Assembly: GCA_003331625.1 (NCBI GenBank)
Contig: QOPF01000001.1
Coordinates: 167,474-231,473 of the forward strand
Source: Gammaproteobacteria bacterium
GTDB taxonomy: Bacteria; Pseudomonadota; Gammaproteobacteria; Magnimaribacterales; AG-339-G14
DNA: 64,000 nt
Direction: 5' to 3'
The notes below the pieces were generated by a model. The model did not search any database, was not told the origin of the DNA, and saw only the letters and a list, made by a program, of their open reading frames with translations. Shown here in pieces: positions 47,992 through 60,442 of the stretch (positions are counted from its first letter, which is position 1; every line of letters begins with the position of its first letter). The translations under genes and the position numbers were made by a program.

Positions 47992-49331
47992 ATTCTTTCT
48001 AAAATTGCTTGATGGATTCCATCAAAAGAACCATTTGATAAGCAAATTAAATGGCAATTTTTTAATCCTAAACTTGATAGCTTTCTTAAAAACTCCTGTG
48101 TAGTTGAGCAAGCTTCAATATTTTTACTAATAGCTTGCATGGCGTTTATTTGGTTTTTATCTTTTGAAAATATATAAACCTGATCAGCAGATTCGACTGC
48201 TTTAGGAATTTTTTTATCGTGATATCCGGAAAGCATAGTATTTGATCTCATTTCTAAAAGACAAATTATTTTTTCTTTGCCAACCTTTTTTCTTAAGCCC
48301 TCTAAAGTATATTTGATAGAAGTTGGATGATGTGCAAAATCGTCGTAAACCTTTACGCTACTTTTATCTCCTACTAAATCCATTCTTCTAGATACCCCAT
48401 TAAATTTAGAAAGAGCTGTTTCAATCTCCTTTGACTTTAATCCTAAGGATTTACATACCAGATAAGTAGCTAAGCCATTTTGTAAACTATGTTCACCTAT
48501 GGATGACCAATCTATTAGAGCTTTTTTATTTTTGTGATTATAAATTTCAAACTGTGAGGAATCAGGAGTATTTTTTATAGCGTGCCAGCCTTTAGAAGAT
48601 TTTGTGTAAAAAGGCATTGCGTTACTATAAAAACCCATTTCCATAACACTTTTTATATTTTTGTTTTCTTCTGGATAAATTAAAGTAGCTCTTGATGACA
48701 TTAATCTAAGCAAATGATGAAACTGTTTTTTTATATCACTTAAATTACTAAAAATATCTGCGTGATCAAACTCTAAGTTATTTATAAGCAAAGTTTTAGG
48801 ATGATAATGAATAAACTTTGATCTTTTATCAAAAAATGCTGTGTCATATTCATCAGCTTCTATGACGAAATAATCGTGAGTTCCTAAAGATGCAGTTGAT
48901 TCAAGATCTTTTGCTCGTCCTGCGATTAAGTAACCGCAATCAATATCGTTATCTAGAAGAACTTTTGTAACCATTGAAGATACAGAAGTTTTGCCATGCG
49001 TACCGCTAATTGCAACCACATGTCGTTTTGATAAAAGATATTTAGATAAGAACTCTGGACCAGAAATGAAGTCTATATTCTTATTGAGAACTTCTTCAAT
49101 CATTGGATTGCCACGAGCTATGACATTTCCTACTACAACTAAGTCTATATCCTTAGGAATATTATTAGGATTGTATCCTTCGTCTATAGGAATTCCCTTT
49201 GAAAGCAATACTTGGTCCATTGGGGGATATACGTTTTCATCACATCCAGAAACTTTTATGCCTTTTTCAGAAGCAAGTTGGGCCAAACCGCCCATAAAAG
49301 TTCCACATATTCCTAAAACATATATTTTCAT
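47988..49331 (-). CDS. mpl: UDP-N-acetylmuramate:L-alanyl-gamma-D-glutamyl-meso-diaminopimelate ligase
   Basis: 447 aa. MKIYVLGICGTFMGGLAQLA...NVYPPM closely parallels the E. coli Mpl N-terminus. Mur-ligase P-loop GTHGKTS. Confidence 0.87.
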   Translation of the reverse strand: MKIYVLGICGTFMGGLAQLASEKGIKVSGCDENVYPPMDQVLLSKGIPIDEGYNPNNIPKDIDLVVVGNVIARGNPMIEEVLNKNIDFISGPEFLSKYLLSKRHVVAISGTHGKTSVSSMVTKVLLDNDIDCGYLIAGRAKDLESTASLGTHDYFVIEADEYDTAFFDKRSKFIHYHPKTLLINNLEFDHADIFSNLSDIKKQFHHLLRLMSSRATLIYPEENKNIKSVMEMGFYSNAMPFYTKSSKGWHAIKNTPDSSQFEIYNHKNKKALIDWSSIGEHSLQNGLATYLVCKSLGLKSKEIETALSKFNGVSRRMDLVGDKSSVKVYDDFAHHPTSIKYTLEGLRKKVGKEKIICLLEMRSNTMLSGYHDKKIPKAVESADQVYIFSKDKNQINAMQAISKNIEACSTTQEFLRKLSSLGLKNCHLICLSNGSFDGIHQAILERI

Positions 49332-49383
49332 CTAATGATTATATCCTTTTCCCAGAAAACCTTTTTTCAGTTATATTGCCTCA

Positions 49384-50640
49384 ATGACAAAAATTAAAAA
49401 TGCCTTTTATGCTCAGTCCGGAGGCGTAACTGCTGTTATAAACGCTACGGCATGTGGCGTTATTGAAACTGTAAATAAAACAAAAAAAATTAACAAGGTT
49501 CTAGCTGGTCAAAATGGAATCCTTGGTGCGCTTAATGAGGACTTAATAGATACTTCAAAAGAATCAAAAGTAAACATTTCTAAATTAAAGCAAACTCCAG
49601 GAGGAGCCTTTGGTTCTTGTAGGTTTAAGCTAAAAGATCCAATTAAACAAAAAAAAGAATACCGAAGATTGTTTGAAGTTTTTAACGCTCATGACATTGG
49701 CTTCTTTTTTTATAATGGAGGTGGAGATAGTCAGGATACAACATACAAAATCTCAGAGATGGCAAAAATGCTTAATTTCCCTCTTAAATGTATTGGAATA
49801 CCAAAGACAGTAGATAATGATTTGCCCTTTACAGATTGTTCTCCAGGATTTGGATCAGTAGCTAAATATGTTGCAACTTCAACTTTGGAAGCCGGATTAG
49901 ATGTTAAAAGCATGGCGGAAACTTCTACAAAGGTTTTTATCCTTGAGGTTATGGGTCGACATGCAGGTTGGATTGCTGCAGCTTCGTGTTTAGCTTCAAA
50001 TAAAAAAGAAGATCCTCCTCATATAATTTTGCTTCCAGAAATCCCTTTTGAAAAAAGAAAATTTATAAATAAAGTAAAGAGCACCATCAAGAATAACGGA
50101 TATTGTGTAATTGTTGCTTCAGAAGGAACAAGAACGAAAGATGGTAAATTCCTTGCTGATTCTGGATTGACTGATGCTTTCGGTCACAAACAATTAGGCG
50201 GTGTTGCTCCTGTGCTAGCTGAGATGATTTCTAAAATTGGTTTAAAAAATCATTGGGCAGTAGCTGACTATTTACAACGTTCTGCGAGACATCTAGCTTC
50301 AAAAACTGACTTAACACAAGCTTATGAAGTAGGAGTCCAAGCAGTAAAATTGGCTTTAAAAGGCGAGACAGGCGTAATGCCTATAATAAAAAGATTAAAA
50401 GATAGTCCATACAAATGGACTACTTCTATGGTTTCTTTAAAAGATGTGGCAAACATCGAAAAAACTATGCCTAAAAAATTTATCACAAAGGATGGTTTTA
50501 AGATAACGCAAGCTGGAAGAAAATACTTAAGCCCTCTTATAAGAGGTGAAGCTGACACTGTATACGTAAATGGATTACCGGATATAGCTTTGCTAAAAAA
50601 TATAAAAGTGAAGAAAAAACTTAATAAAGTTACTTTTTGA
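49384..50640 (+). CDS. pfp: 6-phosphofructokinase, probably pyrophosphate-dependent
   Basis: 418 aa with YAQSGGVTAVINA. The motif NGGGDS has Asp at the position of E. coli Gly104, and PKTVDND has Lys at the position of E. coli Gly124. Both are PPi-type determinants. Confidence 0.8.
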   Translation: MTKIKNAFYAQSGGVTAVINATACGVIETVNKTKKINKVLAGQNGILGALNEDLIDTSKESKVNISKLKQTPGGAFGSCRFKLKDPIKQKKEYRRLFEVFNAHDIGFFFYNGGGDSQDTTYKISEMAKMLNFPLKCIGIPKTVDNDLPFTDCSPGFGSVAKYVATSTLEAGLDVKSMAETSTKVFILEVMGRHAGWIAAASCLASNKKEDPPHIILLPEIPFEKRKFINKVKSTIKNNGYCVIVASEGTRTKDGKFLADSGLTDAFGHKQLGGVAPVLAEMISKIGLKNHWAVADYLQRSARHLASKTDLTQAYEVGVQAVKLALKGETGVMPIIKRLKDSPYKWTTSMVSLKDVANIEKTMPKKFITKDGFKITQAGRKYLSPLIRGEADTVYVNGLPDIALLKNIKVKKKLNKVTF

Positions 50641-51046
50641 TTTTCTTAATAGTTCCAGAAAAACTAAAAACCACTTCATTTCCACTTTTTATTTGACCTT
50701 GACCGAAAGCAAGGCTTCTTGTTTCTTTGGTAATAGTTGTAAATATTTCTACCAAATCCCCTACTTTTGCAGGTGCAATAAATTCAGAGCGAAAGCTAAT
50801 AGTAGCTGCGTAGTTTTCTTTAGACTCCATAGCGACAGAACAAAGACAATAGTCAGCAATGCTCATTAGCATTCCGCCATGTGCTACGCCGCCTGAATTT
50901 CCATTTTCAGGTCTTACCCAAAAAGCCATGACTAAATTACCCTCTTCATTTCTTTTGTAAAAACCTTGCCCAATGTGGGCAATGTGATTTTCAGTTTGAT
51001 TTAGTGGTTCGTATCCCTGTGGGCACAAAAAATTTTGTGAAGTCAT
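50630..51046 (-). CDS. Hotdog-fold acyl-CoA thioesterase (PaaI family)
   Basis: 138 aa; GGVAHGGMLMSIAD is typical of PaaI/4HBT-type thioesterases. Confidence 0.7.
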   Translation of the reverse strand: MTSQNFLCPQGYEPLNQTENHIAHIGQGFYKRNEEGNLVMAFWVRPENGNSGGVAHGGMLMSIADYCLCSVAMESKENYAATISFRSEFIAPAKVGDLVEIFTTITKETRSLAFGQGQIKSGNEVVFSFSGTIKKIKK

Positions 51047-51086
51047 GATGATGATTTTAACTCAATGTGTATAATTGTTGTTCATT

Positions 51087-52253
51087 ATGGATTTTAAACT
51101 TACTTCAGAACAGCTTGAACTACAAAAAGTAGCAAGAGAATTTGCTCAAAATGAGTTAACAGATTTAGCTGATGAAATGGAAGAATCGTCAAATCCTGTT
51201 CCAAAAGATGTTTTAAAAAAGATTGGTGAATTAGGTTTTCTAGGGGTAAATACTCCAACGGAATACGGCGGACAAGGTCTTTCGAATTTAGATGCAATAA
51301 TTATTTTAGAAGAATTTGGAAAAATATCTTCTGCGGTTGGTTGGCCAGTTTTTGAGGCAAATGCTGGTCCGGTAAAAGTAATTGAACATTTTGGTTCAGA
51401 TGCCTTAAAACAAAGAGTTATTCCAAAAGTCTGTCAGGGTGAAATGGTTGTCGCAGTTAGTATGTCGGAACCTAATGCGGGTACAGGCTTAACTGACTTA
51501 ACTACTAAAGCAGAAATTAAAGGAGACAAAATTGTTATTAACGGTAATAAAAGATGGTGCTCGGGTGCCGGTCATTCTGATGGTTATGTTGTTTATGCAA
51601 GAATGTCAGATGCTCCTGCTGCAAAAGGTATAGGAGCAGTTTTTGTTGATATAGATACACCAGGTCTTACATTTGGAAATAGTGAAAGCTTAATGGGTTG
51701 GCGAGGTATTCCATCAGCAGATATCTATTTCGATAACGTTGAGGTTCCTATTGATAATCTGCTAGTAGAACCTGAGGATGGTTTTAAAAAACTAATGGAA
51801 ACCTTCGATTTAGAAAGATGTGGAAATGCAACTATGGCTTTATCTCAAGCAGCTGCAGCGTTGGACTATGTAAAAGAATATGTCCAAGAAAGGGAACAAT
51901 TTGGCAAACAACTAGTAGATTTTCAGGCAGTACAGATTAAATTAGCTGATATGTTAATTAGAGTGGAGGCTTCGAGACTTTTAATCCACCGTGCTGTTTT
52001 CAATGCAGCAAATGGTTTGCCAGACATCTTAGAATCTAGCACTGCAAAATGTTTTGCAAATGAAATTGCCAGAGAAGTTACCACTAACGCTATGCAGTTA
52101 ATGGGTGGTTATGGTTTCAATAAAGAATATAAAATGGAAAAACGCGTCAGGGATTCTTTTGGTTGGGGAATTGCTGGGGGAACTATTGATGTTCAAAAAG
52201 TGAATATTGCATCAGCGATGATTGGCCGAAGATTCAATCAGAGAGCTAAATAA
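51087..52253 (+). CDS. Acyl-CoA dehydrogenase
   Basis: About 388 aa from the ATG at 51087; the ORF track starts at an upstream TTG at 51075. Typical ACAD N-terminus FKLTSEQLELQKVAREFA, the catalytic region, and QLMGGYGF. Confidence 0.88.
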   Translation: MDFKLTSEQLELQKVAREFAQNELTDLADEMEESSNPVPKDVLKKIGELGFLGVNTPTEYGGQGLSNLDAIIILEEFGKISSAVGWPVFEANAGPVKVIEHFGSDALKQRVIPKVCQGEMVVAVSMSEPNAGTGLTDLTTKAEIKGDKIVINGNKRWCSGAGHSDGYVVYARMSDAPAAKGIGAVFVDIDTPGLTFGNSESLMGWRGIPSADIYFDNVEVPIDNLLVEPEDGFKKLMETFDLERCGNATMALSQAAAALDYVKEYVQEREQFGKQLVDFQAVQIKLADMLIRVEASRLLIHRAVFNAANGLPDILESSTAKCFANEIAREVTTNAMQLMGGYGFNKEYKMEKRVRDSFGWGIAGGTIDVQKVNIASAMIGRRFNQRAK

Positions 52254-52254
52254 T

Positions 52255-52737
52255 TTAGTTTGCGCGGTATTCGCTAATAATTTCTTCTAAACTACTAATA
52301 AACTCTTTTTTTTCTTCCTCGGTGAGAAAATCTCCAACTGCAATCTTTTCTCCTTGAGAAGAAATTACTATTTTTATTGGATACCAATGATGACTTGGTT
52401 TTTCTACAAAGACATAGGACCATTCTCTTATAAATTCAGAAATAGAATCAGGTCGATATTTCCCTTTTTCAATGGTTAGTTTTTCTTTTGTTAAGGTAAT
52501 TACTTCTTTTTTTAAACTTTTATTAAAAACTACATATAAAGCTGATCCTACTATCAGGATTTCAAGACCAGCAAAAGGAAGAATAAGTGGTGCGCCATAA
52601 AAGAAAAAAGTCACACCAATAATTGTTATAGGCAAAGAAATTAGAAATAGAAACAACATACTGCCCTGCCAGGAAATCGAACTATTTGGCATCAAAGATA
52701 ATCTATATCCATTATTAGTTTGTTCTGTTATAACCAT
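52255..52737 (-). CDS. Two-TM membrane protein, DUF2244-like
   Basis: 160 aa. Two N-terminal TM helices are followed by a soluble domain. The resemblance to DUF2244 is from memory only. Confidence 0.5.
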   Translation of the reverse strand: MVITEQTNNGYRLSLMPNSSISWQGSMLFLFLISLPITIIGVTFFFYGAPLILPFAGLEILIVGSALYVVFNKSLKKEVITLTKEKLTIEKGKYRPDSISEFIREWSYVFVEKPSHHWYPIKIVISSQGEKIAVGDFLTEEEKKEFISSLEEIISEYRAN

Positions 52738-52802
52738 CGATAATATAATTTTTATATTTAAAAACTATCAGATTATGATATTTTCATTTATCAAAAGCAA
52801 AA

Positions 52803-53996
52803 ATGACAAAGATTAATTCTATAAATAGAACTTCCCTGATGCCAAACTATGCGCCGGCATCTTTTATTCCTGTTAAAGGAAAAAAATCTGTTCTTTGGGA
52901 TGAAAAAGGAAAAGATTACATTGATTTTGGTGGTGGAATAGCTGTGACTTGTCTTGGTCATTCTCATCCAGCTTTAAATAAAGTTTTAAAAAATCAAGCA
53001 TCTAAACTTTGGCACGTCAGTAACTATTTATATAACAAACCTGCTCTAGAATTAAGTGAGATGCTCACTAAAGAAACTTTTGCTGATAAGGTATTTTTTT
53101 CAAATTCTGGAAATGAAGCTAATGAAGCTGCAATTAAATTAGCAAGAAAATATTTCTACGACCAAGGAAAGCCAGAAAAACATGAAATTATTGTCTTTAC
53201 TAATGCTTTCCATGGGAGATCAATGCTCAACATTACTGCGGGAGACTCTGAATTTCAGAAAACAGGATTTGGTCCGCTATTGAAAGGTTTTAAAAGAGCG
53301 AAATTTAATAATCTAGGATCGGTAAAGAAAATATTAAGTAAAAAAACAGCAGCAATTTTTGTAGAACCCATTCTGGGTGAATCAGGAATAATTAGAGCAG
53401 AAAATCCTTTTCTTTCAGGTTTAAGAAAGCTTGCAGATGAAAATGACTGTTTACTAATTTTAGATGAAGTGCAAAGTGGGATTGGTAGAACCGGAACTTT
53501 AATGGCTTATATGGGCTATGGAGTCGAGCCAGATATTTCAACTTTAGCAAAAGGACTTGGTGGTGGAATTCCTATTGGAGCCACTCTAGCAACAAAGAAA
53601 ATTTCTCAAGCTTTTCAACCAGGAACGCATGGAAGTACTTTTGGCGGAAATCCTTTAGCATGCGAAGTTGCTAAAAAAGTTGTAGAAATTGTTTCATCTC
53701 AAAAAGTGCTTAACGGTGTTATGAAAAAGACTATAGCCTTTCATGAAAAATTAAATAACTTGTCAAAAAAATATAATTTATTTACAGATATAAGATCGGC
53801 AGGGTTATGGATTTGTTGTGATTTTAAAAAAATTAAGACTAAGGATTTTCTTGAAGCTTCCTATAAAAAGGGGCTAATTTTAGTCCAAGCTGCAGGAGAA
53901 AAAACTATTAGGATTGCGCCTTCTTTAATTATTAATGATAAAGAAATTGACGAAGGATTTAAACGATTTGAAAAAGCAATTAAAAGTTGTCTTTAA
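52803..53996 (+). CDS. argD: Acetylornithine/succinylornithine aminotransferase (class III)
   Basis: 397 aa with NSGNEANEAA, LILDEVQSGIGRTG, the PLP-Lys region STLAKGLGGG and HGSTFGGNPLA. Confidence 0.85.
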   Translation: MTKINSINRTSLMPNYAPASFIPVKGKKSVLWDEKGKDYIDFGGGIAVTCLGHSHPALNKVLKNQASKLWHVSNYLYNKPALELSEMLTKETFADKVFFSNSGNEANEAAIKLARKYFYDQGKPEKHEIIVFTNAFHGRSMLNITAGDSEFQKTGFGPLLKGFKRAKFNNLGSVKKILSKKTAAIFVEPILGESGIIRAENPFLSGLRKLADENDCLLILDEVQSGIGRTGTLMAYMGYGVEPDISTLAKGLGGGIPIGATLATKKISQAFQPGTHGSTFGGNPLACEVAKKVVEIVSSQKVLNGVMKKTIAFHEKLNNLSKKYNLFTDIRSAGLWICCDFKKIKTKDFLEASYKKGLILVQAAGEKTIRIAPSLIINDKEIDEGFKRFEKAIKSCL

Positions 53997-56225
53997 TTAC
54001 TCAGATATAACCTCAACCTTCTCAACTTTTCTGTAGCCTTTTGGTAGGAAATTTCCCTTTCTGCCTCTTGTACCAACAAAGTTTTCAAGGTCGTTTGGTT
54101 TGATAACAAAGTGTTGCTTGCCACTGTATAACTTTAAAGAATCCCCTTTTTTGTAAGTTACTAAAAAAAGAAGTTGGTCTTCTTTTGCTTCAAATTTCTT
54201 TTTATCAACAGAAATTATTTTGTTTCCTTTACCTTTACCTAGGATAGGAAGTTCAGATGCTTCGATTACGAGCATCTTTCCCTCTTGAGTAATTGAAGCG
54301 ATATAGTTTTCTTCAATTGCTGAAAGTATTTTTGGTGTAATTGGTTTTGCATTTTTAGCATTTAAAGCAGCCTTTCCTGATTTATTTTTTGTCTGCAAAT
54401 CGCCTAACTTTGTTACAAAACCATAACCTAAATTAGAAGCTAGTACGGCCAAAGTTTCTTCTGAGCCTGCAATCACTCCAGAAAAAGTTGCCCCAGATTG
54501 AGCATTTATTTTTCCTGAAACAGGATCTCCTTGACCTCTTGCTGAAGGAAGCTGATGAATAGGCAAGGTATAAGCCTTTCCATAATTATCCAGAACTACT
54601 GCATTTTGACTATTTCTTGCCAAAGAAGATGAAAGATAAGAATCTCCTTCTCTATATTGCAATCCTTCTACTTCTACTTCATGACCTTTTGCCGCTCTAA
54701 TCCAGCCTTTTTCAGATAAAACAACTGTCATTGGATCATTTGAAATTAATTCTTTTTCATCAAATGCTTTTGCCTCTGCAACCTCTGTTATGACGCTGTT
54801 TCTTTCATCACCAAATTCTTCCTGATCTTCTTTAAGCTCTTTTTTTATTAAAGTTTTCAAACGCGAAGTTGAATTTAATATCTTTTCTATCTCCTTAGCT
54901 TCATCCTTTAAAGAATCTCTTTCAGAGATAATAATTTCTTCCTCGAGCTTCGCCAATTGGCGTAATCTAATATCTAAAATTGCGTTTGCTTGAATTTCAG
55001 TAAGCTTAAATTTCTTTATAAGTTCTTTTTTTGGATTATCTTGAGTTCTGATAATTTTGATAACTTCATCTAAGTTTAGATAGGCAATCATTAGGCCCTC
55101 TAAAATATGCAATCTATCGTTAAGCCAATCTAATCTATGTTGTAATCGTCGTTTAACAGTTTGAGTTCTAAAGGAAATCCATTCTTTGAGAATTCCTTTT
55201 AGATCAAAAACTTTTGGTCCTCCGCTCAAACCTATTACATTTAGATTAACTCTTACGTTTTTCTGCAAATCAGTTGTAGCAAAAAGATGACTCATTAATG
55301 CTTCCTTATCTACTCTATTTGATCTAGGCACGACAATAATTCTTACTGGATTCTCTCCATCGCTTTCGTCTCTTAAATCTTCAATAAGATTCATTTTTTT
55401 TGAATCAATTTGAGCTGCAATTTGTTCTAAAATTCTAGTTGTAGATACTTGATAAGGAAGAGCGGTAATGACAATCTCTCCATCTTCAAGTTCGTATGTT
55501 GCTCTTAACTTTATTGCGCCTCTTCCAGTTTCATACATTTCTAAAATTTCTTCTTTGGTTGAAATTATGTCTGCCTTAGTTGGAAAGTCTGGAGCGGGAA
55601 TGAATTTTAAAAGATCTTTTGTAGAAAGTTTTGGTGAATCTAACAAAGCAATAGTTGCGTCAATTACTTCGATTGAATTATGAGGAGGAATATCTGTTGC
55701 CATACCCACAGCTATCCCAGAGGCGCCATTGAGAAGGACATTTGGTATTCTTGCTGATAAAAATCTAGGTTCAATTAAAGTACCATCAAAGTTTGGCCCC
55801 CAATCTACGGTGCCTTGCGACAATTCTGATAGCAAAACTTGAGCATAAGCTGAAAGCCGGCACTCTGTATATCTTACTGCAGCAAAACTCTTCGGATCAT
55901 CTAATGAACCCCAGTTTCCTTGTCCTTCAATTAAAGGGTATCGAGTTGAAAAACTTTGGGCCATCAAGACCATTGCTTCATAAGCTGCGCTATCGCCATG
56001 TGGGTGAAATTTTCCAATTACCTCACCTACTGTTCTTGCACTCTTTTTAAATTTTGAAGTTGATTTCAGTCCTATTTCAGACATTGCATAGATAATTCTT
56101 CTTTGGACTGGTTTGAGACCATCACCAATAAAGGGTAAAGCTCTATCTAGAATTACATACATTGAGTAATCTAGATAAGCCTTTTCGGCATATCCTCCAA
56201 TACTCAAACTTTTTTCTTTACTCAT
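53997..56225 (-). CDS. parC: DNA topoisomerase IV subunit A
   Basis: 742 aa. [33 protein letters not shown] matches the ParC-type N-terminus rather than GyrA. Overlaps parE by 8 nt. Confidence 0.9.
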   Translation of the reverse strand: MSKEKSLSIGGYAEKAYLDYSMYVILDRALPFIGDGLKPVQRRIIYAMSEIGLKSTSKFKKSARTVGEVIGKFHPHGDSAAYEAMVLMAQSFSTRYPLIEGQGNWGSLDDPKSFAAVRYTECRLSAYAQVLLSELSQGTVDWGPNFDGTLIEPRFLSARIPNVLLNGASGIAVGMATDIPPHNSIEVIDATIALLDSPKLSTKDLLKFIPAPDFPTKADIISTKEEILEMYETGRGAIKLRATYELEDGEIVITALPYQVSTTRILEQIAAQIDSKKMNLIEDLRDESDGENPVRIIVVPRSNRVDKEALMSHLFATTDLQKNVRVNLNVIGLSGGPKVFDLKGILKEWISFRTQTVKRRLQHRLDWLNDRLHILEGLMIAYLNLDEVIKIIRTQDNPKKELIKKFKLTEIQANAILDIRLRQLAKLEEEIIISERDSLKDEAKEIEKILNSTSRLKTLIKKELKEDQEEFGDERNSVITEVAEAKAFDEKELISNDPMTVVLSEKGWIRAAKGHEVEVEGLQYREGDSYLSSSLARNSQNAVVLDNYGKAYTLPIHQLPSARGQGDPVSGKINAQSGATFSGVIAGSEETLAVLASNLGYGFVTKLGDLQTKNKSGKAALNAKNAKPITPKILSAIEENYIASITQEGKMLVIEASELPILGKGKGNKIISVDKKKFEAKEDQLLFLVTYKKGDSLKLYSGKQHFVIKPNDLENFVGTRGRKGNFLPKGYRKVEKVEVISE

Positions 56226-58113
56226 TAATGTTTGCTAAATTTCCTTTACTTTCCAACCAAGTTTTTCTATCTGCAGCTCTTTTTTTTGAAAGCAGCATAT
56301 TAAACATTGAGGTAGAACTATTTCCCTTTTCTAACTTAAGTTGAATTAACTTTCTTACATCTAAAGACATTGTTGTTTCTTTTAATTGAGAAGGATTCAT
56401 TTCTCCTAAACCTTTAAATCTCTGAATTTCAACTTTGGTTTTTTTATTTTGGGTTGATAACTTTTTGACAATACTTTCCTTTTCACTTTCATCCAAAGCA
56501 TAGTAAATATCTTTTCCTTGATCAATTCTGAATAAAGGAGGTTGAGCAACATAAACTCTTCCAGCTTCTACTAGAGGTCTAAAATGCTTAAGGAAAAGAG
56601 CGCAGATTAACGTTGCAATATGTGCTCCATCAGAATCCGCATCAGCTAAAATACAAATCTTGCCATAGCGCAAACCGTCTAAAACTCTGCAGCCTGGTTG
56701 AAGACCAATTGCCATTGCTATATCTTTTACTTCTTGAGACTGAGTTACTGCATCAGTATCTACTTCCCAAGTATTTAAAATTTTTCCCTTCAGAGCCATT
56801 ACAGCTTGAAAATTTCTGTCTCTTGCTTGTTTTGCTGAGCCTCCTGCTGAGTCTCCTTCAACTAAAAATAATTCTGTTTCTTCGTAATTAGACGAAACAC
56901 AGTCAGATAATTTACCTGGCAAAGTTATTCCTTTAGTTATTTTTTTTCTTTCTACAGTTTTACTTTCTCTAACTCTTTTTTGGGCATTATCTATTGATAT
57001 GTTTGCAATTCTTTCGGCTAATTCGGTTTCTTTATTTAGCCAAATTGCGAAAGCATCTCTCGTGATGTTAGCAGCAATTGATTGAAATTCTTTTGACGAA
57101 AGTTTTTCTTTGGTTTGTCCAGAAAATTGTGGATCTTTCAATTTCGCTGAAAGAATATACGACGCATTTTTCCACACATCATCTGCCGTAATTTTTATTC
57201 CTTTTGGTATCAAGTTTCTATAATCACAAAATTCTTTAATAGCATCTGTAATGCCGCTCCGCATTCCAGCAACATGTGTACCGCCTTGAATAGTTGGTAT
57301 AAGGTTTACATAGCTTTCTGTGACGCTTTCTTGTTCTCTTAATTCCCAAGTGACGGCCCAGGCCAGTGAATTTTCTTCATCCTCAAAATCACCTAATATT
57401 GGTTCTTCAGGTAGGTAGTCTCCCTCAGCAAGGGCACTAATCAGGTAGTTACCCAACCCATCTACGAAACACCATTCTTCTTTTGTCCCATTAACATCGT
57501 CTTTAAATTTTATTTTAAGTCCAGGACATAAAACTGCTTTAGCTTTTAAAGAATTTGAAAGAAACTTTCCTGAAATTTTTTCAGTATCAAAAAAAGATGA
57601 ATCTGCTTTGAATAATATCTTAGTTCCTGAATTTCTTTGCCCAACATTATCAATAATTTTTAACTCTTTTTTCTTGATGCTGTTTTTAAATCCAATTTCA
57701 TATTTTTTTCCATCTCTTTTAATTTCTGCGTTTAAATAAGTTGATAAAGCATTCACGACTGAAACACCAACGCCATGCAAACCTCCTGAAAATATGTAAT
57801 CTTTATTTGAAAACTTTGCTCCAGCATGAAGTCTTGAGAAAATAAGTTCTACACCAGGTACTTTTTCTTCCGGGTGAATGTCAACTGGCATTCCTCGACC
57901 ATCATCCTCTACTGATACTGAAAAATCTTTATTTAAAACGACGGCTATTTCTTTGGCATGCCCGGCTAGAGCTTCGTCGACACTATTGTCGATGACTTCC
58001 ATGACAAGATGATTTGGACTGGAAGTATCGGTATACATACCAGGTCTTTTTCTAACGGGCTCAAGACCCGAAAGCACCTCAATGGATTCAGATGTATAGT
58101 CTCGATTAGCCAA
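56218..58113 (-). CDS. parE: DNA topoisomerase IV subunit B
   Basis: 631 aa. [46 protein letters not shown] parallels E. coli ParE. Toprim motif EGDSAGG. Confidence 0.9.
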   Translation of the reverse strand: MANRDYTSESIEVLSGLEPVRKRPGMYTDTSSPNHLVMEVIDNSVDEALAGHAKEIAVVLNKDFSVSVEDDGRGMPVDIHPEEKVPGVELIFSRLHAGAKFSNKDYIFSGGLHGVGVSVVNALSTYLNAEIKRDGKKYEIGFKNSIKKKELKIIDNVGQRNSGTKILFKADSSFFDTEKISGKFLSNSLKAKAVLCPGLKIKFKDDVNGTKEEWCFVDGLGNYLISALAEGDYLPEEPILGDFEDEENSLAWAVTWELREQESVTESYVNLIPTIQGGTHVAGMRSGITDAIKEFCDYRNLIPKGIKITADDVWKNASYILSAKLKDPQFSGQTKEKLSSKEFQSIAANITRDAFAIWLNKETELAERIANISIDNAQKRVRESKTVERKKITKGITLPGKLSDCVSSNYEETELFLVEGDSAGGSAKQARDRNFQAVMALKGKILNTWEVDTDAVTQSQEVKDIAMAIGLQPGCRVLDGLRYGKICILADADSDGAHIATLICALFLKHFRPLVEAGRVYVAQPPLFRIDQGKDIYYALDESEKESIVKKLSTQNKKTKVEIQRFKGLGEMNPSQLKETTMSLDVRKLIQLKLEKGNSSTSMFNMLLSKKRAADRKTWLESKGNLANINE

Positions 58114-58116
58114 TCT

Positions 58117-58596
58117 TTATAGGTTTTCTAGAATTTTTTCCGCACTACTTACCTCAAAAGCCCCGCCTTTTTCAGCGAGCAGACAAGAGATAATTCCGTT
58201 ATCAATAATAGCAGCGTATCTTGATGATACTTTGCCAAGTCCAAAGCCACTTCCGTCCATTACAAGACCCATGCTTTCAGTAAATTCACAGTTTCCATCA
58301 GAAAGCATTGTTATCTTGCCTTCAACGTTTAGATCTTTGCCCCAGGCGCTCATTACCCAAGGATTAGTCACAGATATACAAATTATTTCATCAGCGCCTT
58401 TCGATAAAATTTCTTCTGATTTATCAAGAAAACCAGGGACATGGTTTACAGAGCAGGTAGGAGTATAGGCGCCTGGAACTCCGATTATGACTATTTTTTT
58501 ATTTTGACTGTACTCAGTTAATTTAACTGAATCTATACCTTCTGAACCTAGTTTACGAAGAGTTGCATCCGAGACTTGATCACCTTGTTGTTTCAT
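58117..58596 (-). CDS. Peroxiredoxin, Prx5 subfamily
   Basis: 159 aa with the peroxidatic Cys motif PGAYTPTCS. Confidence 0.85.
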   Translation of the reverse strand: MKQQGDQVSDATLRKLGSEGIDSVKLTEYSQNKKIVIIGVPGAYTPTCSVNHVPGFLDKSEEILSKGADEIICISVTNPWVMSAWGKDLNVEGKITMLSDGNCEFTESMGLVMDGSGFGLGKVSSRYAAIIDNGIISCLLAEKGGAFEVSSAEKILENL

Positions 58597-58598
58597 AT

Positions 58599-60356
<1,758 letters not shown>

Positions 60357-60442
60357 TTATTTAGTTATTTTAATGGTAAAAGGTCTTACAAAAAATTAAT
60401 ATATGTTTTCCTATACATAATTTAACTCAAGAGGAGCTTCTT

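Noticed and set aside
48991-49335. 114-aa + strand ORF inside mpl; similar cases at 28934-29236 (ilvD), 32677-32994 (accB/accC), 19697-19978 (ilvI) and 24274-24528
   Set aside because: All lie antisense to well-supported conserved genes and have no motifs or RBS. Treated as shadow ORFs.
60357-60442. Expected TPP (THI-box) riboswitch upstream of thiC
   Set aside because: I looked for CUGAGA and the CCUGAUCUGGAUAAUGCCAGCG-like core on the minus strand here and in the adjacent ~120 nt. Neither was found, so no riboswitch feature is called; the absence is reported as a finding.
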